Assembly: GCA_041653935.1 (NCBI GenBank)
Contig: JBAZEO010000006.1
Span: 6,504-70,503, forward strand
Source of the DNA: Dehalococcoidia bacterium
GTDB lineage: Bacteria; Chloroflexota; Dehalococcoidia; E44-bin15
Direction: 5' to 3'
Length of the DNA stretch: 64,000 nt
Shown here: positions 1 to 8,161 of the stretch, piece by piece
Layout: each line of letters starts with the position of its first letter
Numbering within the stretch: position 1 is the stretch's first letter
The notes under the pieces: generated by a model
The model's input: only the letters and a program-made list of their open reading frames with translations
What the model was told of the DNA's origin: nothing
Databases searched by the model: none
Program-made: the position numbers and the translations under genes

Positions 1-1732
1 GCATGATGCGTCCGTAGCTAGTACGTCCACACCACAACGGATAGCCGTGATCAGGATCCACGGTCTTGTCAGGCATGGTTTCCACATAACCATACTTCTC
101 AGCGTAGGCAATCTGCTGTGCATTCAGTTTCTTGATACGGTTGAACCGGCTCTGGATCCTAGCCTGTGCTCCAGGCACATGATAGGCACGATCCGCCGTA
201 CCGCTCTCTAGCACAGCTCCGTACTGCACAGCGAAGTCACCGTTCTTGGTCCACTGGTACCACGTGCTAGCGTAGGCCTCCTTGCTCTCCATACCATGTT
301 TCGCAAACAACTTGGGATGCAGCGTATCAAAGATGAGCATGTGATAACTGCCGTAGTAAGGCGGATCGTTAGGATGCTCAAACAGGTACACCATCTCTGG
401 CTCGTTGGCCTCGTAAGCTGGGAACCGCAGCTCTAGGTTCTTTGCATCACAGGAGTACCACACCCTACCCGGCGCAGGCCCAAAGCAGTACCGAAGATTG
501 AAGCCCTCCTTCTTGCTGATATTCTGCTCGTTCGGGTTCTGTGACGACCACCGCAGCGTGTCAGTGCCCGTGGGATTCAGTGACGGATGCAGTCTGTACC
601 ACACCCTATCACGGTGCTCCGTGTGTACCCAGAACTTCTTGTAGCTCTCCAGGTACCCATAAGCCGTGTCACGCTTGCGCTTGCCCATCAGTGCCGTCAC
701 GAACATCAGCGGCTTGCTGTTGCGTGGCAACGTGACTGAGTACTGCTCCAATACGGTCTTGTCCAGCGACGGTACCCCAGTCTTCTTGCTCTTCTTGAGT
801 GGGGGTAGATGCATCCCCTCCTCGCTGAACACAAACTCCGTGAGCGACTTGTTGTTGCCGCTCTTAGGCAGCGTCAACTCGTAGCCGTATCGCTTGGCTA
901 TGTTGAGGCACGTACGATGAGCGTCTTGACTGGCCTCGGCATACTCCGTACGTTTCTCCTCCAACCGTCCAGCGTGTAGCGTCACGCCGTAGTTTTCTAT
1001 AGCGGCTACCACGGGCAGCACCTTGAGCCGTTCCTCGTAGATCCGCCAGAGGTGCTTTTGCTTCAGGATCTGCTGTTGCCGCTTGAACAGCGGTAGCGTC
1101 ACGCTCGCGTCGCTGTCACCGTACTCACTCAGCACGGTCTCCCAGGTCTCGTCGCCACCACCCTCCTCGTGCACCAGTCGCGGCATCCAGCAGTCGTACT
1201 TCCACACGGTACTCTTCGCACTAGGCATCTCAGGCAAGCCTTCCTTGGCCTGTCGCCAGTCTGGCCTGTTAGTTCGTGCCCAGCTACGAGCCGCCAGCGT
1301 CACCTTCCTCAGCCTGTCCTCGTACGGCTGTACGTTAGCTTGCAAGTACACCATGGCCATCGTGGTCAGGTCATGGGGCTGATTGCTAGCCAGCAAGTGC
1401 CCTGCCAACAATGTATCGTAGATCTTAGCCCAGTCCCACCTCAGCTCCATGCTGTAGTCATTGAACAGCAGGCTCAAGGCCATGAAGTCAAACTTGGGAT
1501 TCTGTAATACGATCTTATCAGCACCGTCTATCTTGCGTTGCAGGTCCTTCAGGTCGCCGCGGTCTGCCACCACCCTACGCGTCAACGGATCCACTCGCCA
1601 CTCCCACGACACGTTGCACCCATCCTCGTCACAGGTGCTCACGTAGTAGGGCCTCGCTCCGTGCCGTAGATCCAGTCCCGTAGTTTCACTGTCTAGGCTG
1701 ATCATGCCTCCCTGTCGTGGTCGCTTAGGCAT
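1..1732 (-). CDS. DNA polymerase, family A (Pol I-like with 3'-5' exonuclease domain); C-terminus runs off the left edge
   Basis: Own minus-strand translation from ATG 1732 (alternative 1705): MPKRPRQGGMISLDSETTGLDLRHGARPYYVSTCDEDG (ExoI DxE). Further on, PAPGRVWYSCDAKNLELRF (motif A-like, ~430-480) and YQWTKNGDFAVQYGAV (motif B-like, ~215-260). The frame stays open to base 1, so it is absent from the ORF track. Only low-complexity + ORFs overlap it. Confidence 0.8.
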   Translation of the reverse strand, partial: MPKRPRQGGMISLDSETTGLDLRHGARPYYVSTCDEDGCNVSWEWRVDPLTRRVVADRGDLKDLQRKIDGADKIVLQNPKFDFMALSLLFNDYSMELRWDWAKIYDTLLAGHLLASNQPHDLTTMAMVYLQANVQPYEDRLRKVTLAARSWARTNRPDWRQAKEGLPEMPSAKSTVWKYDCWMPRLVHEEGGGDETWETVLSEYGDSDASVTLPLFKRQQQILKQKHLWRIYEERLKVLPVVAAIENYGVTLHAGRLEEKRTEYAEASQDAHRTCLNIAKRYGYELTLPKSGNNKSLTEFVFSEEGMHLPPLKKSKKTGVPSLDKTVLEQYSVTLPRNSKPLMFVTALMGKRKRDTAYGYLESYKKFWVHTEHRDRVWYRLHPSLNPTGTDTLRWSSQNPNEQNISKKEGFNLRYCFGPAPGRVWYSCDAKNLELRFPAYEANEPEMVYLFEHPNDPPYYGSYHMLIFDTLHPKLFAKHGMESKEAYASTWYQWTKNGDFAVQYGAVLESGTADRAYHVPGAQARIQSRFNRIKKLNAQQIAYAEKYGYVETMPDKTVDPDHGYPLWCGRTSYGRIM

Positions 1733-1842
1733 CACTCTACTCCAGCAATACTGAAAACGCACTTCCAGAACACAGAACCAACGGCACATCCTGCAAGGAA
1801 AGAGATAGTCCATAGCAGCCACGGCACTTTTCTAATAGACAT
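1732..1842 (-). CDS. small membrane protein (36 aa)
   Basis: MSIRKVPWLLWTISFLAGCAVGSVFWKCVFSIAGVE, preceded by AAGGAGGAG. Its stop overlaps the polymerase ATG (TGATG). One hydrophobic helix. Confidence 0.5.
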   Translation of the reverse strand: MSIRKVPWLLWTISFLAGCAVGSVFWKCVFSIAGVE

Positions 1843-2467
1843 CGCGTTGCTCCTCCTTCTTGGTGGCTTTGACCCATGCAGCATAGGTCCTGAACTTGGG
1901 TGGATACCGACGCCCATTCAGTATAAGCCGCCACTTACCCCACGGGGCTATTAACCCCTCAGCATTGGCAGCCAGAATGAGCCTGTCACGCTCAGCGTGC
2001 GATAGCCTGAAGAGGCCAGCAGACTCTAGCACACGGTCACCGTGCTGTAAGACAGACACGTACCGTCCCTGAGTGATCTGGCCTCGCTGTAGCAGCCAGA
2101 GCAGCCGTCCATCGTGGATGTGGTTGTGGCAGTAGTGGCAGAGGGGCACGGTTTCTATGTAGGTCCACAGACCTTGTTGATAATCTGCCTTGTATATCTC
2201 GTGCCCCTCTAGCCACTGGTGCGCCTTGGCCTGATACTTACTTACTCCGCAGGCCACGCAATGGAACGCCGTCGACTCGTAGGCAGCCTGTCGCGTAGCG
2301 TTCCACCAGCGAGAGCCCAGGATCTCTCGTGGCACTACTCCGTGCATCGGTTGAGGTGTGTTGGGACACAACAGCACCTCTGGCCTCAACGACCACTTGA
2401 TCGGCTTCTTGTTCCCAACGGCTTCGCGAATCGTTTCAGCAAGCCCTTTCCGTTGCACGGCAGACAC
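1832..2467 (-). CDS. HNH-like endonuclease / zinc-binding protein
   Basis: 211 aa ORF with HCVACG...LEGHEIY...LCHYCHNHIHDG, an HNH-like Cys/His pattern. Start uncertain because the 5' end overlaps the 2386..2580 ORF. Confidence 0.5.
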   Translation of the reverse strand: MSAVQRKGLAETIREAVGNKKPIKWSLRPEVLLCPNTPQPMHGVVPREILGSRWWNATRQAAYESTAFHCVACGVSKYQAKAHQWLEGHEIYKADYQQGLWTYIETVPLCHYCHNHIHDGRLLWLLQRGQITQGRYVSVLQHGDRVLESAGLFRLSHAERDRLILAANAEGLIAPWGKWRLILNGRRYPPKFRTYAAWVKATKKEEQRDVY

Positions 2468-2580
2468 CTCCCGCCTTTGCTACTGACGCCCGTACCACCA
2501 CAGGCAATACACTTGACCCGTGGTACAGGTCTGGTTATGCGTGGCCTAGGCTTAGGAGGCATCGCTGTGGTTCCTACCAC
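2386..2580 (-). CDS. small DnaJ-type zinc-finger protein
   Basis: Two CxxCxGxG motifs (CIACGGTG, CLPCNGKG). Overlaps the neighbouring ORFs at both ends, so exact boundaries are uncertain. Confidence 0.4.
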   Translation of the reverse strand: MVGTTAMPPKPRPRITRPVPRVKCIACGGTGVSSKGGRCLPCNGKGLLKRFAKPLGTRSRSSGR

Positions 2581-2767
2581 TCTTGTTCACAAGAATCGTG
2601 GCATTACCGGACGACGGCTTGCTGCACTGGAACGAAACCTGAGCACCACCCCCCACATAGGCGATCTTGGCTCCACCGACCTTGCTCCCGGCGAACGTCT
2701 TGGCCTTCTCAATCACGGCGTCGTCCACTTCCTTCTTGCTCAACGATACGACTTGCACGGATTCCAC
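2552..2767 (-). CDS. hypothetical protein
   Basis: 71 aa ORF directly downstream of a terminator hairpin. No motif recognised. Confidence 0.4.
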   Translation of the reverse strand: MESVQVVSLSKKEVDDAVIEKAKTFAGSKVGGAKIAYVGGGAQVSFQCSKPSSGNATILVNKSGRNHSDAS

Positions 2768-2786
2768 GGCTAGCTCCTTTACACTA

Positions 2787-2836
2787 CTTAAGAAACAAGC
2801 AGCCCTGCCGTCTGGCTAACTACGGACAGGGCTGCT
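2787..2836 (-). terminator. rho-independent terminator-like hairpin after the acidic protein gene
   Basis: 10 bp perfect stem agcagccctg (2798-2807) / cagggctgct (2827-2836). On the minus strand it is followed by TTGTTTCTT. Confidence 0.5.
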
Positions 2837-2879
2837 GAACCACGAACCACAAACACACTACGCAGAAGGAGACAACGCG

Positions 2880-3986
2880 CTATTCGTCGCCGACCAGTTC
2901 GTCCCACGAAACGAGCTTGAACGCCTTCTGGTCATCCAGCGATTCCAGGTTGCAGGTGCGCTTCGGCTTGAATACCTTCTTCACCTCAACCTCGATTGCC
3001 TTCTTGGCCTTCGGGGGCTTGTACTTGTACACGTCGCCCACGGCAGGCTCCCACTCGGCCTCTTCCTCTTCGGCTTCGGCTTCCTCTCCTTCCTCCTCTT
3101 CAACAGGCGGGGCCTTTTTACCCTTGGTCTTGCTCTTGCCCGCACCCTCAATGGCGGCAGCGCAGTCGGCCCACGTGTCGTAGGACTCGGGGTCCAAGCC
3201 ACAAGCCTCAGCACGGTTGCTGATCTCGGTGGCAGCATCCTCGTCGCCTTCCTCGTCGGCTGCGGTAGCCAAGTCTTCCAGACTCACTTCCTCATCGGAG
3301 GCTTCCTCTTCCGCGGCCTCTTCCTCTTCCTCGGCGTCTACTACGTCTTCGACCTCTTCGTCGTCGTCTTCAACGTAGTCCACGGCACCGTTCCACACCT
3401 CGTTGGTGCGCGGCTCAGTGCCCACGTAGGGGTTCGCCGCCTTGGCAGCAGCCTCGGTCTTGTACTTCTTGTCACCCACGTAGAACGCACCATCGCGTTC
3501 CTCGATCTCCTGCTTGGCCCCCTTCCACGTACGGAAGCGGAAGTGCGGAGCCAGCTCCTTGATCGTGGCAGCCGTGGCTTCCAACTCGTCGTAGCCCACG
3601 TCGTCCAGGTCCAGGTCCGGCACCAGCTTTTTCCACTCGTTGAGGATCCAACCCATGTGGTCGCTGATTGTCTGCCGGCTGCGGCTGGGGGTGTCGCACA
3701 TGGGCTCCATGATACTGGTGCGCAGGCCAGCTATCGGAACGCCGTCGTGCTCCGTGGGCTTCTTTACAATACCGGCCGCATAGAAAAAGAATTGCCCCTT
3801 GTTGGTACCCTTCTCGTACGGCTTGAAGTAGCAGTCCACGAGCTGAGCGATGCCGTTTTCGATCCCACCGGGTAGTGAACCGCCGGCATCAAACACAACC
3901 TCGTCGTCCTTGTGCCCTTCGTAGGCTTCCTTCAACTTGGTTCCAAGTTTGGCAGCCAGTGCACTCTTCGTAACCTTCTTCACCAT
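2880..3986 (-). CDS. acidic protein of unknown function (possible ssDNA-binding analogue, by context only)
   Basis: 368 aa with long D/E runs (DDDEEVEDVVDAEEEEEAAEEE, EEEEGEEAEAEEEEAE) and an acidic C-terminus. Sits in the recombination module next to the ATPase and nuclease. Confidence 0.35.
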   Translation of the reverse strand: MVKKVTKSALAAKLGTKLKEAYEGHKDDEVVFDAGGSLPGGIENGIAQLVDCYFKPYEKGTNKGQFFFYAAGIVKKPTEHDGVPIAGLRTSIMEPMCDTPSRSRQTISDHMGWILNEWKKLVPDLDLDDVGYDELEATAATIKELAPHFRFRTWKGAKQEIEERDGAFYVGDKKYKTEAAAKAANPYVGTEPRTNEVWNGAVDYVEDDDEEVEDVVDAEEEEEAAEEEASDEEVSLEDLATAADEEGDEDAATEISNRAEACGLDPESYDTWADCAAAIEGAGKSKTKGKKAPPVEEEEGEEAEAEEEEAEWEPAVGDVYKYKPPKAKKAIEVEVKKVFKPKRTCNLESLDDQKAFKLVSWDELVGDE

Positions 3987-4018
3987 GGTAGACCTTTCAC
4001 ACTGTGTAGAACTAGTAA

Positions 4019-4198
4019 CTAGTCACCGACATACTCACGATTGCGGCGAGCAGCGATCTGCTCGCTGCGACGGATAGACACCTCCTTGGGGGCTTCTATG
4101 CCCAGCTTGACCTTGCCGTCGTGCACTTCCAACACATGGACCACGACGTTGTCGTTGATCACGATGAATGAGCCAAGCTTCCTTTTCAACACTAGCAT
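4019..4198 (-). CDS. csrA: CsrA/RsmA-family RNA-binding regulator homologue (59 aa)
   Basis: Not in the ORF track (under 60 aa). Own translation: MLVLKRKLGSFIVINDNVVVHVLEVHDGKVKLGIEAPKEVSIRRSEQIAARRNREYVGD. It matches the CsrA pattern MLxLxRKxGExxxIGDDxxxxVLxxxGxxVRxGIxAPKxVxxxRxE over its full length. Confidence 0.8.
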   Translation of the reverse strand: MLVLKRKLGSFIVINDNVVVHVLEVHDGKVKLGIEAPKEVSIRRSEQIAARRNREYVGD

Positions 4199-4202
4199 CC
4201 TG

Positions 4203-5027
4203 CTACCCTTTGCCGTTAATGATCTCCATCACAGCCTCAAACGATGGATCCACGATTTCTTCTGGCAGCGTTCGCCCACGAGGTACTCTGAACTTCGTGG
4301 TGAACACATCATGCGGTCCGGTGCGTAGGCAGTATTCTACCCCCTTCACCCGTACTCGCTGCCGTAGCGTCTTCTTACCTGACTTGATCACCTTCTCAAT
4401 GGTCTTGCCACGGATGAAGGTTTCGCCTATATAGTCACAGGCAGGATTCAACCATCCTACCAGCGACGGTGTCATAGCAGCACCGATGCATGGAGCAATC
4501 ACATCCTGATTGTTGCCGTCGCCTTCAAACGACCGCTCCTGAGCGACAATAACGCGATGCTGTGGCAAGTTCAGCATGGCTCGCATGATCTCCTTGCACT
4601 GCTGCGTGCACTGGCCGTACTGCTGCTGACTGGCGAGGCCCCAGCTCTTCTGAGCCGGTAGCTCATCCAATCCCAGCACCTCCTTGAGCACCAGATCTTG
4701 CAAGCCGCTACCGTGGTCCAGCACCACCGTCGCGAAGTCACCCGCTGTCTCCAGTAGGTCCCTCACGTCGGTACTCTCCTTGACCACCCAAGCCTTGATG
4801 GTCTTGCGGTATTCCGGCGTGTTGATGCTCTTCAGCTCACCGGGTCTGATACCACCACTACAGATGATGGCCAGTATAGGCTTCGGGAAGGTGGCCCACA
4901 GCGTCGTCTTGCCCGTACCGCTCCGACCATACAACAGCAGACTGATGGAGTCAGTATAGTCCCACGCTGAGGCCATGCTGCTCTTGGCTGCCTTCTTCTT
5001 CATACTCTGCTTCTTGACGATGGGCAC
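4203..5027 (-). CDS. AAA_24 / Sak4-like RecA-fold ATPase
   Basis: Walker A LLLYGRSGTGKTT near the N-terminus and Walker B-like VVLDHGS. Size and neighbourhood (nuclease, SSB-like gene) are typical of phage Sak4-type recombination modules. Confidence 0.6.
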   Translation of the reverse strand: MPIVKKQSMKKKAAKSSMASAWDYTDSISLLLYGRSGTGKTTLWATFPKPILAIICSGGIRPGELKSINTPEYRKTIKAWVVKESTDVRDLLETAGDFATVVLDHGSGLQDLVLKEVLGLDELPAQKSWGLASQQQYGQCTQQCKEIMRAMLNLPQHRVIVAQERSFEGDGNNQDVIAPCIGAAMTPSLVGWLNPACDYIGETFIRGKTIEKVIKSGKKTLRQRVRVKGVEYCLRTGPHDVFTTKFRVPRGRTLPEEIVDPSFEAVMEIINGKG

Positions 5028-5030
5028 AGT

Positions 5031-5324
5031 TTAATCTCCTTTTGACACGTCCGTATACGTTTCGCCAGCTATCTCGTAAAGAAGCAGCGACTCTTCGTTT
5101 GTGAGGGCTGTAAACGGCTCCAGTGGGATAGTTCCACCGTAGTCGGATACGATGGCTACCTTATCGGAATGATCCCACTCACCAGAAGCAACTAGCTCCT
5201 CAATTCGTCGCAGCACACGAGAGTCTGGGTGATTCCACTCAGCCAGCTTGAGTCCACAATCCAACCTGTGCGGATGGACGAACTCATTCTTGGTCAGGTT
5301 GACCGGCTTCCAGTACTCGCCCAT
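5031..5324 (-). CDS. hypothetical protein
   Basis: 97 aa ORF tightly packed between neighbours. Confidence 0.5.
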   Translation of the reverse strand: MGEYWKPVNLTKNEFVHPHRLDCGLKLAEWNHPDSRVLRRIEELVASGEWDHSDKVAIVSDYGGTIPLEPFTALTNEESLLLYEIAGETYTDVSKGD

Positions 5325-5326
5325 GA

Positions 5327-6454
5327 CTACTCCTCCAGTTCACTGAACAAGGTAACATCGCGGCTCAAGCCGACTGTGCTACCGTTGGAAAGATACTCAT
5401 CATACTCGGTGCTGCCGCCCTCCAGCAGCACATTGTAAACACCGTACGGCAACCGCCAGTGGATGGCATAGCCGTCATACATCCTGCCATCGCCGGACGT
5501 GTTCACACCGTATGGGTCGCCGGGATTGGCTTGCATCCACTCCCACCAGTCACAGATCTGTTCCAGTAGTGGGATCAGGCATTGTAGCTCAAACTTGCCC
5601 ACGTCTGTCGGTGTCAGGTCTACGTTCCATCGCATGAAGAAGAAGGATGGGTCAGCAGCGATCGTGGACTGCAGTCGCTCGTAGAACTGATCACGCGTCT
5701 CGGCACCGACGATGCCCTTCTTGGTTTTGCGACCCTTGTGCTGCGTGATGCTGTACTTGCCGCCTGCCAGGGGCCTACGCACTACATTATAGCGGATACC
5801 GCAGACCGGCTCGTGCATTTCAGTCTGTAGTGCGATCACGTAGAGCATGGTCTGCAGGTCAAACAGCAACTGCCGTTGCATCTGCTGCTCGTCTACGTCG
5901 CCCTTGGTCTTGTTTTCCTGCAACCACAGCCGACCCTTCACGCGGTCCACGCTGTCGCGCTTGCCGCGCAGCCGTACCACGCGACCGGACGGTAGCTCGT
6001 ACGGTACGTTGAACACTTCCTCCTGACTCACTGGCTTCCGCTGCATCACATCCTTGTGCTTGCGCCAGTACTCCACGTAGACTGGGAACTGCAACGCGCA
6101 AACTCGCATCCAGTGCACGACCTGCTCTTGCTGCATAGGGTACTTCTGGCAGAGGCCCTTGGCGTACGCCCTCAGCGGAGCATTCCAGTCCTCGTCGCGA
6201 CCGTGGTACTCCTCACACACGTGCCACATGGACCCATATTCCAGTCGATGATTGAACGTCTGTGGTGGTGCGAGGCCCTCAATCACTAGTAGCCTGAACC
6301 GCTCACGGTCCACAATGAACCTACTCAGCATGGACTGCGTGATACCATCCACGGCAGGCCCTTTCCACAGTGGCTCGCGTGGCTTCTTAGCCTTGACCAT
6401 GGGCTTCTTGCTGCTCTTCTTAAGCACCGTTGCCATTTTAGTCTTCGTCTTCAT
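5327..6454 (-). CDS. PD-(D/E)XK family nuclease (RecB/Cas4-like exonuclease)
   Basis: 375 aa with GKRDSVDRVKGRLWLQENKTKG, which fits D...ExK. Adjacent to the Sak4-like ATPase. Confidence 0.5.
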   Translation of the reverse strand: MKTKTKMATVLKKSSKKPMVKAKKPREPLWKGPAVDGITQSMLSRFIVDRERFRLLVIEGLAPPQTFNHRLEYGSMWHVCEEYHGRDEDWNAPLRAYAKGLCQKYPMQQEQVVHWMRVCALQFPVYVEYWRKHKDVMQRKPVSQEEVFNVPYELPSGRVVRLRGKRDSVDRVKGRLWLQENKTKGDVDEQQMQRQLLFDLQTMLYVIALQTEMHEPVCGIRYNVVRRPLAGGKYSITQHKGRKTKKGIVGAETRDQFYERLQSTIAADPSFFFMRWNVDLTPTDVGKFELQCLIPLLEQICDWWEWMQANPGDPYGVNTSGDGRMYDGYAIHWRLPYGVYNVLLEGGSTEYDEYLSNGSTVGLSRDVTLFSELEE

Positions 6455-6467
6455 CTGGATTCTTTCC

Positions 6468-6878
6468 TTAAGGTTGAACGCACTCTATGGGAACCCAGTA
6501 CTCTTTAGTACCTTCTTCCCGACGTGCCTTGACTGCCCCCATCATCACTGATACGTCGTTGACGTAAACGACTTCTCCCACCCCAAAATCCACACATCTA
6601 CCAGCCGCCAACCCCTCTGTCATGAAATTACCAAATCCTTCAAGGTCACCCGCTGCCACGTACTGCAGGCACTGATTGTAGTCCTCACTGGAAACCCAGC
6701 CTTGTAGATTCTTTCGGACTACCTTTCGCCCCAGGATGCTCTCCGTGGTGTTGCTACTGCTGCTGATGCCCACAGCCACGAGGCCAAGACCACCACATAC
6801 GATCACCATCATTAGCACGCTTGCAACAGCACAGCATCCAAGACCAACAATCACATCGCCAGTATTACTCTTGCCCAT
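6468..6878 (-). CDS. membrane protein
   Basis: 136 aa with N-terminal TM segment VIVGLGCCAVASVLMMVIVCGGLGLVAVGI. Confidence 0.5.
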   Translation of the reverse strand: MGKSNTGDVIVGLGCCAVASVLMMVIVCGGLGLVAVGISSSSNTTESILGRKVVRKNLQGWVSSEDYNQCLQYVAAGDLEGFGNFMTEGLAAGRCVDFGVGEVVYVNDVSVMMGAVKARREEGTKEYWVPIECVQP

Positions 6879-6899
6879 TAGATTCTTTCCTTGGGTTGA

Positions 6900-7279
6900 C
6901 CCGCAAACTGTCTATCGGTTACACTTGCCGTTTCGCGGGATTTGGTTTGTGAGAAGCATCGCTGGTCTCGGTTACAACGCGCCTATCGCTTCTCGTTGGT
7001 TTGTCCTGACACGTTGTCCATCGGTTACAACGAGCACATCGTCAGGAGTTTGGATTGGGCTCTCAATGTGATGCTCGGTTGCATACGTACAATCGAGGGC
7101 CGTTTGTATTGGGGCTGTCCAGGTGCTCTTTCGGTTACAAGTCGATGATCGGACAGCCGTTGGATTGGGCCTAGCACCAGTCAAATCGGTTACAGGTTGA
7201 TGTTCGCTAGGCTTTGTAAGGTGCCTGACAGGGGTGGAGTCGGTTACAATTCCCGTCTCGTCAGGCTTTGTACGGTTTG
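6900..7279. repeat. array A: 7 tandem hairpin units (53-56 nt period) with covarying stems and invariant loop nonamer TCGGTTACA
   Basis: Nonamer starts at 6915, 6968, 7021, 7075 (TCGGTTGCA), 7131, 7186 and 7240. Arm pairs: cccgc/gcggg 6900/6935, gagaagc/gcttctc 6951/6988, tcctgac/gtcagga 7004/7041, gctctc/gagggc 7059/7095 (one T-G), ggctgtcc/ggacagcc 7113/7151, gcctagc/gctaggc 7169/7206, gcctgac/gtcaggc 7223/7260. G/T-rich linkers (GTTTGG, TTTGTA). Fills the whole intergenic space; the last unit overlaps the stop of CDS 7261..8151. Confidence 0.9.
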
Positions 7280-8151
7280 AAGGGTGTATGAGTCCATTCC
7301 AGCCAGAGGTTCTTGAGTAGGAGTTTGGTAGCCAGCAGCATACCGTGACGGTGAGCGTGTCCACACTTCTCGCCAATACCTCCGCAGGTCATACACTTCT
7401 TCTTGGCTGGGTTCTTGCCCTTGCACTTGTCGCAGGGCTTCCACTCCCACTCTGGGTGTGTTTCGTGAGCCCTTATTTTAGCGTTCAGCCAACGTGTGCG
7501 GTACGGTCCCTCGCCGTTTTGCTTGATGATGTTTTCGCCTATCACGTAGGCAATGCTACGGCGTCGCGGACTGTAGCCGAAGTCAGTCCAGTCCTCTGCC
7601 GTCAGCTTGGTCACGGTCTTCTTGCCGCCACGGCTGCGCCACGAGGAACCCATCAGCGTCACATCGTCCTTCGTGTACGGTGCGCAGCCTAACCTACGCC
7701 ACACCTTCGCGGGATTGGCATAGTTGTTCAGGTCACCGGTCTCGCCGATGATAACAGCCAACGACATGATTCCGAAGCCAGCCTGCTCCGGCTCCGCGAC
7801 CCACTTGGCCACGGGCATCCGCTTGGCCACACTGAGCATCTCCTTCTCGTAGATGGCCTGCTGCGCATCAAAGCCGTCCACAGCCAAGCACGTGGTCATG
7901 ATGAGACTACGGATCTCATGCTCGTCGCCCTCTATTACGCCCTTGATCACCTTGGTGGCTTCGCTGTACAGCTTCAGCCGTTCGCTCTCCTTCAGTCCAC
8001 TACTGTAGCCCATCGTTCCAGCCACGGTAGCTTGGAGCCTATTGGCGATCATGATCCTAGACTTGATCACCCATGCTCGCTGTCGCTGCAAGGCTTGGAG
8101 TTCCGCGGACATGTCGGCCACTTCTTGCTTCTTCATAACAAACTCCTTCAT
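7261..8151 (-). CDS. IS110-family recombinase-like protein lacking the N-terminal DEDD/RuvC domain (coiled-coil + Tnp/Transposase_20-like domain + C-terminal zinc finger)
   Basis: LQALQRQRAWVIKSRIMIANRLQATV resembles the IS110 coiled-coil. AEPEQAGFGIMSLAVIIGETGDLNNYANPAKVWRRLGCAPY...MGSSWRSRGG...GYSPRRRSIAYVIGENII resembles sIPGIGxxtAaxLLaeIGdxxRFxsaxqlaayaGLxPrxxxSGSSxRG...GnxxLRrxLyxaA. The C-terminus is CDKCKGKN..CMTCGGIG. No IGxDxxK / DEDD region is present. AAGGAG 6 nt upstream of the second ATG suggests the true start is 8136. Confidence 0.6.
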   Translation of the reverse strand: MKEFVMKKQEVADMSAELQALQRQRAWVIKSRIMIANRLQATVAGTMGYSSGLKESERLKLYSEATKVIKGVIEGDEHEIRSLIMTTCLAVDGFDAQQAIYEKEMLSVAKRMPVAKWVAEPEQAGFGIMSLAVIIGETGDLNNYANPAKVWRRLGCAPYTKDDVTLMGSSWRSRGGKKTVTKLTAEDWTDFGYSPRRRSIAYVIGENIIKQNGEGPYRTRWLNAKIRAHETHPEWEWKPCDKCKGKNPAKKKCMTCGGIGEKCGHAHRHGMLLATKLLLKNLWLEWTHTPFKPYKA

Positions 8152-8161
8152 AGAGTAAAAG

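Noticed and set aside
541-1646. Plus-strand ORFs of 61-112 aa listed in the track
   Set aside because: They lie antisense to, or out of frame with, the continuous family A polymerase reading frame. They translate to Cys/Ser/Pro/Arg-rich low-complexity sequence.
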